The notes beneath the pieces are model-generated. The model was not told the origin of the DNA and made no database searches. It saw only the letters and a program-made list of their open reading frames with translations. A stretch of 63,921 bases of DNA, filler included, from Nemertoderma westbladi (lineage: Eukaryota > Animalia > Xenacoelomorpha): NCBI GenBank assembly GCA_032718475.1. It is 3 parts of 3 records of this genome, joined end to end, with 100 filler letters (N's around TTAATTAATTAA, not from the genome) between each part and the next. Parts side by side here need not be neighbours in the genome. Positions count along the whole stretch, not along the records: positions 1 to 28,763 come from JAUCBJ010002170.1; 2 more parts are not named here. The stretch is one strand, 5' to 3'. Position numbers and translations under genes: made by a program. Of this stretch, positions 10,285 through 21,993 are shown piece by piece. Each line of letters opens with the position of its first letter. Position 1 is the first letter of the stretch.

Positions 10285-12835
10285 CCTCGCATAATGAACA
10301 GTGGACGTAATAATTTAAAATTTCTAATATGTAACTACATACATTAAGTATTAAACATATAGTAAACATATGGGTCGTATTATATTGATTTTAGAGGGCG
10401 ATTGGAACCTAATAGAATGCGACCTGAGGGTATACACATACACCACACTGCTATAGAACCTCAGGGTTACCAAGCGTCACAACCTGGTGCGATAGGAGCC
10501 GGAACTACGCCAACATACGCCCCCTTGCAGCTGGACCAGCACAATATAAACAAAGACACTACTACTCAACGACACGGAGACCCCTACACACAGGTTATTT
10601 AGTCGCTATATTTCCAGAGCCGTATTATACTAGTTTACCTTTCAGCAGGGACTTGTTACGATACAATAGAATAATGTTAAATAAATACGATTCGATAGTT
10701 CGATGGCCTACGGTGCGTACTAATTTGCTTTTTATACGATACGATCTGTTATGTAGGCTACCTTGTGCAGCATCCTGGTTTATGTACCTTCAATGGATCT
10801 TCTGAAGTAAAACCCTACAGGGACTGCCGCAAAGAAGCATACATTAAGCACAGGTTCTAATGCTGCTCGGAATAATCTTACATTTCGAGAATGTTTGATT
10901 CCAAGCGATTTCCATATCCATGATTAGGTATTTAATGTATTGCAGACCATGCCTTGCCATTTGGTATTTGAAGGTGTTAAGAAAATCTCCGTTATCATAC
11001 TGTAGGTACCAGAAATCTTCCATGTGACCGAACAAGCCCGGCCAACGAAGAAGCCTACAAAGATGATGTGTAAATAAATAAATGTCTTTCCTCGTAAATA
11101 AATTAAATGATCATGATCAGTCCTTCAACAGGATCCTTTATACGGTTCAATACAATATTTTATTAAATAGCTTAGTTACATTCGAAATCTGACTGATTCC
11201 ACTATATATGAACTCTACAGTCTTATCTTACCTTTCCAGAGACATTATCTAACCTAATGTCTTGTAGTGCGATGCGATCTTTGCGCAGTACAGGTCTTGG
11301 GCAATGGGATGGATTAGTATCATCCTATGACCTTTGACCTATGATTTTATGTTAAGTGCTCTCATTTTATGGTACAGGTTGTGACAATTTTGTATGGGTT
11401 AACTACTGTAGCATCAGACTATTTGGACGTGTATGTAGGCCCTATTAGTTATTGTATATGTATTATTACTGTACCACAGTAACTATACTGTATATTTGGT
11501 GTTGTTGCGATCTGCCGTGCTACAGAACCGATGAGAGACCCATCTTTCTGTAACATCCATACAAAAAAGCCTTATTTCCATATTAATCTCAACGTACCCA
11601 GTGGCCTTGACTTGGTGGCTGAATGAAAACTCAACATCGGTCGGAGCAACAAGCATTCCAATTATGTAAAATTTCATCTTGTGATGGTTCTCCCACATCA
11701 ACACGTTTCTATCCAATAACATTGGCCTACATTCGTTGGCTTATTATGGATACATTCGGATGCTGTGGTGTTCTCTTTCTATCAACTTGAGCTGCGTGTA
11801 TTTCCATGTGCTATTTGTTCTGTTTTTATTATTCGTCCTCATTGAAAACAATATTCACTCTGCAATGAATTAGGCGGTAGTTAAAAATTATTTCCAGGTT
11901 AATGATACTATTCACTTCAAGCTTCAAGGATGGCTTACCACTCTCTTCATCTCCTAACTTCCGAACTTATTCGCACTCGGATTTTATATGTGATAATTGT
12001 CAACAATTTTCCTCGAATGTAGGTGTATCTCTACTATCATATGATGACTATCTCTACTATGGTATTTCATATGTTGATCCATTAAACAATGTTTTTTGCC
12101 TAATGCACTGACGTAATTCCCACTTCACACGCTCTCATAAATCAGTTATCCATAATATTCACAACTACCTGCATTCAATACCATCGACCACAATATCCTA
12201 GAATTAACAAAAATAATTTGTGTCACAACCATACAATCTTCAAGGCTACAGTAACTAAAATATAGGTATATAATATAATATACTGTGATTATACTGTAGT
12301 ATTATCACGCATCAACACAGCTCGGAACGCATACTTTTCAATGGTACTATACAACCAAATTTAGAAGTTATACATAATTATTTGCGTTGTTAGATAATAA
12401 CTAATGGGGAAAATGTATATTGACCACATAATCAGAAAATTTCTCTAACATCCGGTCTTTTCTATAAACTAAGACATATTTTATCCTTTACCCCTATTAT
12501 TATTATAGGCCTACTTCTCTCTAGTTCAACCATACCTACTTTACGGTATCTTTCTATGAGGAAAAAACACATTCATCTACTCTAAAACCACTTCGCTCTA
12601 AAGTTAATAAATTACTACAACTGTAGGCCTACTTTGCTTCACCTTTTCTCACTACAGAGCACGGCATCTGCACCCACAGTTGTGTGTGTAGGCCTATTTA
12701 AAAATATAAACATTATACCATGTCTAATTAACGCAGGCTACTATATTCCTATGCTCCTCTCAAAGATCCATAAGTTTTCAGGGCCCAGCAATATGGAACT
12801 TACTTCACTTGAAACTTAAAAAATAATGTAATAAC

Positions 12836-13467
12836 TATTTACATACTCGTGTGTAAAGTAGCACTTTACAGTGTGATGAACCGAGTGGCTTTGTTACACG
12901 AACGAACGTTAGTGAGTGAGTGAAAATAAAGCCACGAGGATCAGAACACTGTAAAGTACTTTGCAACAAGTATGTATGTAGTTTTATTCCAAAATTTTAA
13001 CATTACGAAATGATTGTACTGTACATATACATTATAAGTGATAGAAACTGCACAAATTAAATTATTTGCTGTATAAATAAATGTGAAAATGACATAAATT
13101 ATGTTATAAATAAGTTAGCTTATATTTATGTGGCGTTTGGAGCCATGTTATAATAATATAGCTAAGCCCTACTGGTTATTAATAGCTATACCCCGCCTAC
13201 CGGTAGGTAATGCAGTAGGCCTATCTGGCTATCAGGCCAATTTCTACCTATTGTTTACGTGGTATCCAATGTCGGCGTTAAGTAATGTCCCCTTAGTGGA
13301 CATTACTTAACGCCGTCTTGGGTTACCACGTAAACAATAACACCAAATAAAATACTAAATGTACAGGCCAATACAATGCTGTAATGTCCTCTAAAGTTGT
13401 AAAGTGCTAAATAACAACTCGCTGTTAATACTAGCGGCGTTGAGTAGTGTTACAATTTTGGAATAAA
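12836..13467. mobile_element. Non-autonomous element with a 5' hairpin, an internal palindrome and asymmetric inverted repeats (Crypton- or Helentron-associated type)
   Basis: Imperfect foldback at 12840-12980; tttattccaaaatt (12983) inverted as aattttggaataaa (13454-13467); ~90-bp palindrome at 13249-13339. Confidence 0.55.
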
Positions 13468-14079
13468 CACTATAATTGTCACCTTCTAAATAACTTAAAC
13501 AATTGAACTTAGGCCTACAGGACATTGTATATTTTACCAATGTTTCATAATCTTTAAACTAAAATCCAAATATTGTATTTTATTTATTTTCCTAAAACCG
13601 CCCGTTAGGGCGAATTTTATCTTCTTGGATCAGCATCGGAACTGCAGTGAACTATTCAAAGCATATTAGAGTACCGGTAGCCTAATCTGGTGCCGCCGCT
13701 TGGAACTTGATTTTTGTTGAAACTTTAAGATAAGGGTGGCTCATAGTTTAAGTGGGTTGCATACAATTTTATTGCAAACTTTAAATCCAACTTAAAAGTT
13801 AAAATTTTAAGGTCACCCCCTACATACCTTAACTACACTAAGATCAACTTATCTCGTTTTTGAGTAATTAATTTAATAGTAAATAATTTAAATATAATTT
13901 TTTGAAGTTTATACTGTAGGATGCAATTCAGCCAAACTATAAAAACAAGTCAAACAGGGATTTATTAAATCCATTGTAGGTAGAAGTATAAATTATCCAT
14001 CGTGAGAACCTCTTACGTATTTTATTTATGAAATTTATGAAATATGGAAAGAGGAATTGTTTCTACTTTTCCGAGTACA

Positions 14080-14694
14080 TAGGGTACAGAAACTGACAGA
14101 TTCTTCGCGAATTTTGCAAACGTCGCGAAATTCGCAAACGTCTGAAAGTTTTTGTTACGTAAAATGGACACTCCTTCAACAAAAGGTTCCCTACTTCGCC
14201 CTGTGGACACCCCCAGCCATTTTTTCACCAGTCCTTTTTCAGAGGTTTTTAATGTTTTTGGTATTGGTGAATGTTCAAGAACATTAGTAGATATGTTTTT
14301 TATGATAGATAGTGTTTTTTGCTAGCTAATATTTTTGAAATTATAAAAAATGTGAAAGCATGATATATCAGGTTAAACTGTTGCAAAATTATTAATGACC
14401 AAAATAATTTTCAAAAATTAATAGCTAGTAAAAAATACTACAGTAACTACCATAAAAAATCTACTAAGGTTCTAGAACATTCACTAAAATAAAATAAGCA
14501 CTCAAAAACAATATTATATTCTAGAACATTCATCAATATAAAAAAGTACTCAAATACACAAAAAAATAAAGATTAAAAAACTCCTTTGGGACCCTTTTAC
14601 TTTAAGGAGTCAACTTTGTAGAAGAAATTCCCGACGTTCGCGAATTTCGCGACGTTTGCGAAATTCGCGAAGAATCTGTCGGTTTCTGTGTCCT
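14080..14694. mobile_element. Foldback MITE with ~60-bp terminal inverted repeats (TIRs)
   Basis: tagggtacagaaactgacagattcttcgcgaatttt... is mirrored by ...aattcgcgaagaatctgtcggtttctgtgtccta; further internal inverted repeats at ~14270-14490. Confidence 0.8.
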
Positions 14695-15014
14695 AATAAT
14701 GACTTTTCCGCCAAATAAAAACAACTGTTGACACGATACCCGTAAATTAAATGAGTACCACAAACTGAGACTAAATTCCTTAGATGCAAGAATATGCATG
14801 GTAAATATTTAGAATGTTGAACAAGGTGGGACCTTTTAAACGAAACTCAACAGGACAGGTTACAATTTTGTTTTTGCGAGTAATCAGTTGTTATTTGCGT
14901 CGATTTTTCCCTGGAGAGGGATCAATTTTGATTGTGTCGATAATTCAATTGCAATTACTGTAGGCCTACTTATCTATAATTGGATATCGATTGAGATTTT
15001 TGTATTTATTTCAG

Positions 15015-15575
15015 GTCGACCAATATAAGTATTGGAAATACGGCGGAATCGGCGACAACCAGAATAAAACTGAAATCCGGAACCGTGGAGAAGCCGGGAG
15101 TAAACCGACGGAAATCCCACCGATGCCAGTTGGCGAAGAGACAACTCGAGGTTCACAAAGTCGTGGCTCGGATCGCTCTGTACAGTTCCGCGACACCGTC
15201 TCCATGGCTACAGGAGGAGGCGACGAACCGATGCGAGTGGAGAGCCGCGTACCGGAACGAAGTCCGTGTCGGGACGAGCCGACGTTGTACCGGGATTACT
15301 CGCCCGGGATGGCGACGTCGAACTTTAGCGCGCACGCGGGACCGGACGATGGCCGGTTTATGTACGGGACGGAGCAGCGAATCAACCACGGACTGCTCGC
15401 CGACCTAGATCGACCACAATCCCGGGTCCTCCAACTAAAGAACAACTTCCTTCCTTCCTCCGTTCGCGATGAGTTTAACTCGAGTTACCCGGACACTCCA
15501 CCAGACCTCCGAGAGAACTCCTCACAGGGCCGAAGACACAACTTTTACGGTTACAACTCGTATTACTTTCATTAA
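15015..15575 (+). CDS. SPMIP4: Terminal coding exon of a host gene, C7orf31/SPMIP4 (DUF4555)-like ciliary/sperm microtubule inner protein
   Basis: GC-rich open frame following the acceptor tatttatttcag (phase 0). C-terminus VLQLKNNF...DLRENSSQGRRHNFYGYNSYYFH* resembles, from memory, the C7orf31 C-terminus ([24 protein letters not shown]). Upstream exons were not identified. Confidence 0.7.
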   Translation, partial: VDQYKYWKYGGIGDNQNKTEIRNRGEAGSKPTEIPPMPVGEETTRGSQSRGSDRSVQFRDTVSMATGGGDEPMRVESRVPERSPCRDEPTLYRDYSPGMATSNFSAHAGPDDGRFMYGTEQRINHGLLADLDRPQSRVLQLKNNFLPSSVRDEFNSSYPDTPPDLRENSSQGRRHNFYGYNSYYFH

Positions 15576-15677
15576 CTACATTATTATTATTGATTGTTAT
15601 CACAACTATTCGTACTGTACTTACGCCATGTTCGGGAATATACAGTAGTGTAGTGTCTAAATTCAAGTGACCCCCAA

Positions 15678-15708
<31 letters not shown>

Positions 15709-17212
15709 TGTTTTACAAATACTAGATTACCTACATGAAAATTGAATCATATTGTTTCACCTCCCTCCAGAATTTCTATTGTCTCTTTCATTACAGGTGT
15801 CTCATATTATACCGCAATTATTCGTCAAACCAACTTACAGTTGAGATTTGTTTTGTTAGTAGGTACCAGTAAATAGAGTTAATGTTCCTAGAAGTAAAAA
15901 TTTTAAGGTAAACTGTGTTCCTAAATTTAGTTTGTTGTTTTGGTTAGAAAAGCCTGCCATTATAACCTCTAATTTCCTTTAAAAGGTACCATAATTGGTG
16001 AATATCGAAATTATCGAAAAATATCGAAAATAATCGCGAAATTAAGTTAATGCACACGGTAGCCAGTCTGCCTTCCGGTCAGTCAGTCAGTACTGCTACT
16101 GTAGTAGCCTAGCGCTGTACTAAATCTACCCTTACTGCTGTACTGTATTAGTGAATGTATATTTCGCGAAGGTTTATTTGAAATTAAACAGCAATTATTT
16201 AAAAGCAATTATTTGAATTTGAGCCCATATCTTTTTTGTTCATGAATGATATCGGACGTTAAAAGTGCGAAATGTGCCCCCTATCATTAAAGGGATAGCT
16301 TTCACCCCAACTTTAACAGTTTCGATAGCTTTCCCATAACTTTCGTTAGCTTTCGGTAATTGTCCTCTTTCAGAACTATTCATTAAACACCCGAGGTTGT
16401 TGTACTGTATGCCTGTATATGAATGGCACAATGGTTGGTCACGCGAGTTTTAATTTAAGTAAACTAGACAGGTTTGAGCTAGTAAGAGTTAGAAAGAGAA
16501 AGGTGTATAGTTTGAGAAACAACGTAGAATGAGATAAGGTAATGTTACTATAGCCTACTGTATGATTGAAAGATTATGGCTGACACAAGATATCTCTACA
16601 GTAAGACACATTTGGAGAGGGGGGGGGGCTGTTCCATTACTCCATGTCACTGAATTACTACACTACAGTATATAGGCTATTCTTGGACATGGTGTAAGTA
16701 CAGTACAGTTGTTGATGTTATGACAATAAATAACTACAACTGTTATACTATAGAGTATGAGTCAATTACATTCTCTTAATTATTGTAATTTTCACATCAT
16801 TTAATGTTCATATTTTGATTATATTATTATATATAATAATAATATTTCGAGAATTTGCTTAGGCAAAAACGGCTGCAATCTAATTTTATCAACGAAATGC
16901 AATTTTTTCCAACTACCTACTGTACTTGTATCAATTGATTTACATTACATCCTATGTGTAAATAATGGCCAATGAGACCGTTTATAATACGTAATACTGC
17001 AAGAATAATATATTACAGTACTTACTCGAGTACTCGATCAAATATAATTAATTAACACACAATTAAACATAGTAAAGTAAAGTATAGAGAACAGTATACT
17101 GTATAAGAATACACGATCCAGCACTCACTTCTTAACGCTTCGTTGACCTACTCTTACCAATTCACCATTGAAAGAATTAACCATAGAAATTATTCCGGTT
17201 TATCTTTTGATA

Positions 17213-18795
17213 TCAGGGGTGGTATGCACCAAGCGATCTAATTAGTCTGAACTAGGTAACCTGTTCTAATTAGAACCAGCTCAGTCTAATCATTATGCAC
17301 CAACTTTAGACTAGCCTAATTTCTAGTCGAATTAGAATAGAAATATTAGACATCTAATAGGTGTCTAATTTTCTAGTTTCTGCTCAGCTGCTGATATGTT
17401 TCCAATAGTTACGAGCCAAACAATCAGCAGATTTGATATTCTATTCTGTTATTAATAAGGTTGAGTAATGAGTGGACAATATATACAGTATTGCACATGT
17501 ACTGCCGTAAGCGGTAAGCCATACATAAAACTTAGCAAAAGAACTTTGTAAAAGTTTGATATTAGTGCAATACATTATTATGGGTGAGCCGAGCGTGTCA
17601 AATATGTATTGTGTTTGTGAAAATGCTTAGAACATCTTTCTAACACGCTATTAACTTTCGATTTCACGTAAAAACTATTTACAATAACGGTCATGGGAAC
17701 AGCTCGCTACCCCCACTATATCGAATATTGGGCATAATCATTTAATGGCTGCTGTTAGAAACAAAGATAATTTGATAACTTTATCACTCAAAATATCATA
17801 GTTTATTGAGCTTATAGTGCTCAAAATATAATAATTCGAAAATAACAGGCTGTTTATTACGGTGGCCCTCAACGGACACAGTTAATAAAGAAATATCCTC
17901 AATTCGCGGCATCTTTAGTTTTGCCGTGAAATTTCGCGGCACGTTTAGTTTATGCCGTGAAATTTCGCGGTAGGTATAGTTTATGCTGTGAAATTTCACA
18001 GAACGTTTAGTTTGTGCCGTGAGATTATATCTCTGACCGGTGCATACATTTTGGAACAAAAACTACAAGAATCGATAGAGGAAAACTCTTAGGAAACCTC
18101 CACCTCTAACCTTTAATAATTAAAATACAAAACTGAATTCGAATGCCCAGAAAAATCTGCTTAAGCTTAAAATAAACAAATTTTGAAAACAAAAACCAGG
18201 AATATGATATTTTCTAATTCATTCAAAATTTGATCAATTTATGAAATATGAAGGGGGGCATAAATAGCGCCAGAATTTTAGAATGTTTTCAAAACTGTCT
18301 GCCACACATAGTATCAACATTCTGTTAATATTTTAGTCATTTTTTGAAGGTATTTATTCAACTAAAACCATGAATAGCAAAAATCCCCATTCAAATATCT
18401 TAATTTATTCGCAAAAAATGTGACGAATTTCTGATTATGCCCATATGCAAGCCATATACAATGAAGAAACCAGCACCACACAACACAAAACCAGCATAGT
18501 ACTGTAGTATTAATTAAGGTAACATCCATACAGTGCTAGACAGATAGCCAATTAATATTAATAATAGCCTTTAAAAGAAATGCTGATCTGTGATTGGATT
18601 TGATACAATTGGAGCTAATCATTGTATTGGTTCTTCGACTCTAATATAATTAGACTGAACTACTGTAGGAATAGAATAGACTGGAAAATGTTGGTGCATA
18701 TAGAAATTAGACTGATCTAACTCTATACTGAGTCTACACTAATTAGTGAACTAATTAAACTCATTCTATTCTAAATTGGTGCATATCACCCCTGA
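17213..18795. mobile_element. Non-autonomous TIR element, PIF/Harbinger-like
   Basis: TIR tcaggggtggtatgcaccaa / ttggtgcatatcacccctga, subterminal atgcaccaa and tagtc repeats, and an internal ~30-bp gccgtgaaatttcgcgg array at 17900-18020. Confidence 0.7.
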
Positions 18796-19639
18796 TGATG
18801 AATCTAAATAAATGAATCTAATTTAATTAAATGTGGAATTCACATTTAAATGTACTGTAATATTGCATGGGGCCTACGAAATTAATTATAAAATTAGAAT
18901 AAATATATTACTGTTTATTGTTAATTTTCGCATATTGCCACGGAAACTAGGTAAAATTATAATCGTATAATTTTAAAAAAATGTTCTATAAATGTTGTTT
19001 TTTCCTAAAATTATACTCTTTTCTTAGAAATTGCTCTGATAAGGGATTCTAGAAAATATATGTTGCAGTATATTCATATAATTTTATGTATTATTCTATG
19101 GTACAGCAATATACCAAACTTGCTACGGTTTCTTTCTATAATGTACTGTAGCTATATATTTCACATTAAGCAAAATGACCATCTCAATAAGATTCACAGA
19201 TTGGCACTTTAAATTCTACTCCAGTATTCGTAAGAATTATAACTCTTATTACACGTTCGTGGGGCCTTCGCGCAGCACGAGGCCCAGTTATGAGATACAA
19301 ATTAAAATTGTGCGACTGTATCACAAAATCAGGTTATGAGAGATTAACCCACACCACCAATTAATCAAAGAAAGGGGGACAGTACGTGTTCACCCCTTTT
19401 AATCTGCACCCCCCCCCCCCTCCCTTCCCACCCACCAATACATAACCGCGACATCTACCACCCACGGAAGGGTAGCACGAACTTATTTCCAAACGCACGT
19501 TCAATATGCAAAGCCAGGTGGTTTATAGGAATATAATCAATGAAGTACTCGTCTTCATTATAAGCCTCTTTGCGTTCGACCTGTTTTGTATTAAAATATA
19601 TTTATTAAACGCAGGCTGACGCTCTTTATAATAATAATA

Positions 19640-19981
19640 CCTAGGGATGCCAGCTTCCAGACTTTCAATATTTACTGCCGCGCAAACCCCGCAGAGGAAG
19701 TTTTGGTTTAAGAGATCAAGCCCATCGGCAATTGGTGTTTCAATTTCGGTCCAGGAACTCTGACAATGGGAGCATTCAATCTTAGCTGTGGTCCATTCCC
19801 GTGGTTTCGGCTTCCTTTTCTTCGTCCCAATGACAGATTCTTCTGAAGACGTTCGATTTGCTTTCAGTTTATTGTTGGCGTTTGTGTTTTGAAGTTGCAT
19901 TCGAGTGGACAGTCGCGCCGGTTTCGAGGTAACCATACCGACCTGTGATAAGCGTTGGTTTTGTTGAGTACCGGTATTCAT
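19640..19981 (-). pseudogene. Truncated ORF with a CxxC...CxxC zinc finger, possibly a LINE ORF1 N-terminus
   Basis: KKRKPK basic patch, then CSHC...FLCGVC...IESLEA; composition changes abruptly to AT-rich at ~19640. Confidence 0.4.
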
Positions 19982-20399
19982 CTTCTTTCACCTCTTCAAT
20001 GTCAGATGTTGCAAATACTGATAACACGAATAACGGTATATATTTCAATACTTGTCAATAGTAATATATATAATTTAGATAACTATTTTATATCTGTATT
20101 GTTGAGCAAACTCTACATAAATTCCAACCTGTGTATCGCCGGTAGTGCTGTTGCTGTGCAAGTGCTGAAGTGCTAGTTGCCACCGGTCAGCTGGTACCGG
20201 TAGTAGGGTGGTACCATGGCCTACTACACACAGGCCATGACAAGGACTTTGCTGTGAAATTAGCGTAGGCTGACTGCTGAATTATCAAATATTATATTTT
20301 CCACGAATGCAGGGTCCATATTTAAAAGAAGATGACTAGATTTTCGTAAGTAATTTAATTGAAACAGTATTTAATAATTAATTAATTAATTATCGCTAG

Positions 20400-20700
20400 A
20401 GTTCCTGCAGCTTTTATTTGTTTGTGGCTGCCTCTGGCTATGTTTGTGGCAGGAATGTTTGAACGCTTATAAGTCAGTCAATCAAGGATGAAATGGAACC
20501 AAACTTGGTACACATGTAGTCTATAAAAAATTTTGAAATTCTACACACAGACAGACTTCTACAGTTCCCTGTCTGCCGCTAGGGGGCGAATTAACAGAAA
20601 CGTAAAAATAGCTGTAATATTTAGTAGTAGTTACCTAAGAGCATTGCTTAATTAGAAATTCTACAGAGACTTTTACAGTTCCTGTCTGCCGCTAGTGGGG
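20400..20700. repeat. Fragment of a probable Helentron-associated non-autonomous repeat
   Basis: gaaccaaacttggtacacatgtag and a duplicated ctgccgctagggggcg segment, motifs typical of such repeats. Confidence 0.35.
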
Positions 20701-20780
20701 AATTGTTAAAGCTCCAGTTCAACGTGCTTAGTACGGTTTAATAAACAATAAATTAATTATTTTATTCAATACAGTAATTA

Positions 20781-21488
20781 CAGTACAGGCCACCAGAAAA
20801 AGCAGATTTCATCCAATGTGATCACATGTGAACACATTTGTTCAAGTCATCTGATTGGCAGGTTATGGCGAGTTATCTTCTAGATCACACAGCAGGAGGC
20901 TAACTTGCTGGGACCGACAAAGGCTTTGTGTGTGGTGCGCCTGTATGTCTGATATCAGGTAGATGAGAGAGCCCCCAGGGCGTAACATTGCGGACATGGG
21001 CTGTATTGGTAGAGAGAGAACTACATACAAGACCACATGGAGGTTCATGGAGTGTATGGGAGTGCGGATGGGTATATGGATTGAGGAACCTAGACCATTG
21101 AATAATTAATTTAGTGCAGGGAGATGTCGCGCCATTAGTCTGACACCGAGAGGGCACAGAGAAACACCAGAAGATGCCTTACATCACTAACGATAGGCCT
21201 GCCTACTAGACACTATTAACCGCACACTATAAAGGTAAACAAAATCCTTATCGCATTTCCAGCTGCAGTGAGTGACAGTCGCGGCAAACTACAGAGAGTT
21301 TCCAGCTTACTAAGCGTTTCAAAAGTATTCAATTGTATCCTTTGGAGAAAAAATTCTGGTTGTTGCCAATTCAATTATGTTCAATTATGTTCAATTGTCC
21401 CGTTCAACAACATTACATTACACTGGTACACATTTGATAAAATGTGTTCACAATTGTACAAATCTGCGTTTTCTGGTGGCCTGTACTG
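20781..21488. mobile_element. Tc1/mariner-type MITE
   Basis: TA|cagtacaggccaccagaaaa...ttttctggtggcctgtactg|TA; imperfect TIR of ~60 bp. Confidence 0.85.
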
Positions 21489-21540
21489 TATAACAGTAAA
21501 ATGCAATGTATTCTATTTTTTAGTAAAATCAAGAGACAGG

Positions 21541-21789
21541 AGGGGGGTGGGACTGGACGCAAATCCCATCTTGGCGAATTAATATCCCGCCTCAATATTA
21601 ATTTCTCAATATTGGGAAAGGAGCAGGTTACAGTGGCACGTTATTTTAACTAAAACAATAAAGTAAACACAATAGAACAGGTTACAGTTTTATTTTTGAG
21701 AGTAATCAGCTGTTGTTATTTGCGTCCAATTTCCCCTGGAGAGGGATTAATTTTTATTGCGTCCAGTCCCCCCCCCCCCCCCCCCCCCT
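21541..21789. mobile_element. MITE with G-run TIRs; relatives at ~14850-14940 and ~34700-34995
   Basis: gggactggacgcaa / ttgcgtccagtccc; the internal ctggagagggat segment recurs in the other copies. Confidence 0.65.
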
Positions 21790-21993
21790 ATCTTGAAATC
21801 AAATACCAAAAATATATTTATTATATGAACAATCTATTTAGAAATTGATAGATAATTGCCGTATTTAGTGGTGCGATATAACGGTATATAGGCTGTAACA
21901 CGGTACCGCTAATTTTGACATCGTTACATCTGAACATCTCTGTAATAATTTTAATTATTTAATATAAATGCTTGAAGATCATTACACAATTAT

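Noticed and set aside
9670-10347. ORF of VTNGTS repeats resembling a heavily N-glycosylated mucin
   Set aside because: Translation of a 30-bp satellite that is open in several frames; it starts inside a SINE tail.
10372-10575. Possible small solo LTR (gtcgt...acgaca)
   Set aside because: The 5' TG and a TSD are not convincing, and there is no second copy in the window.
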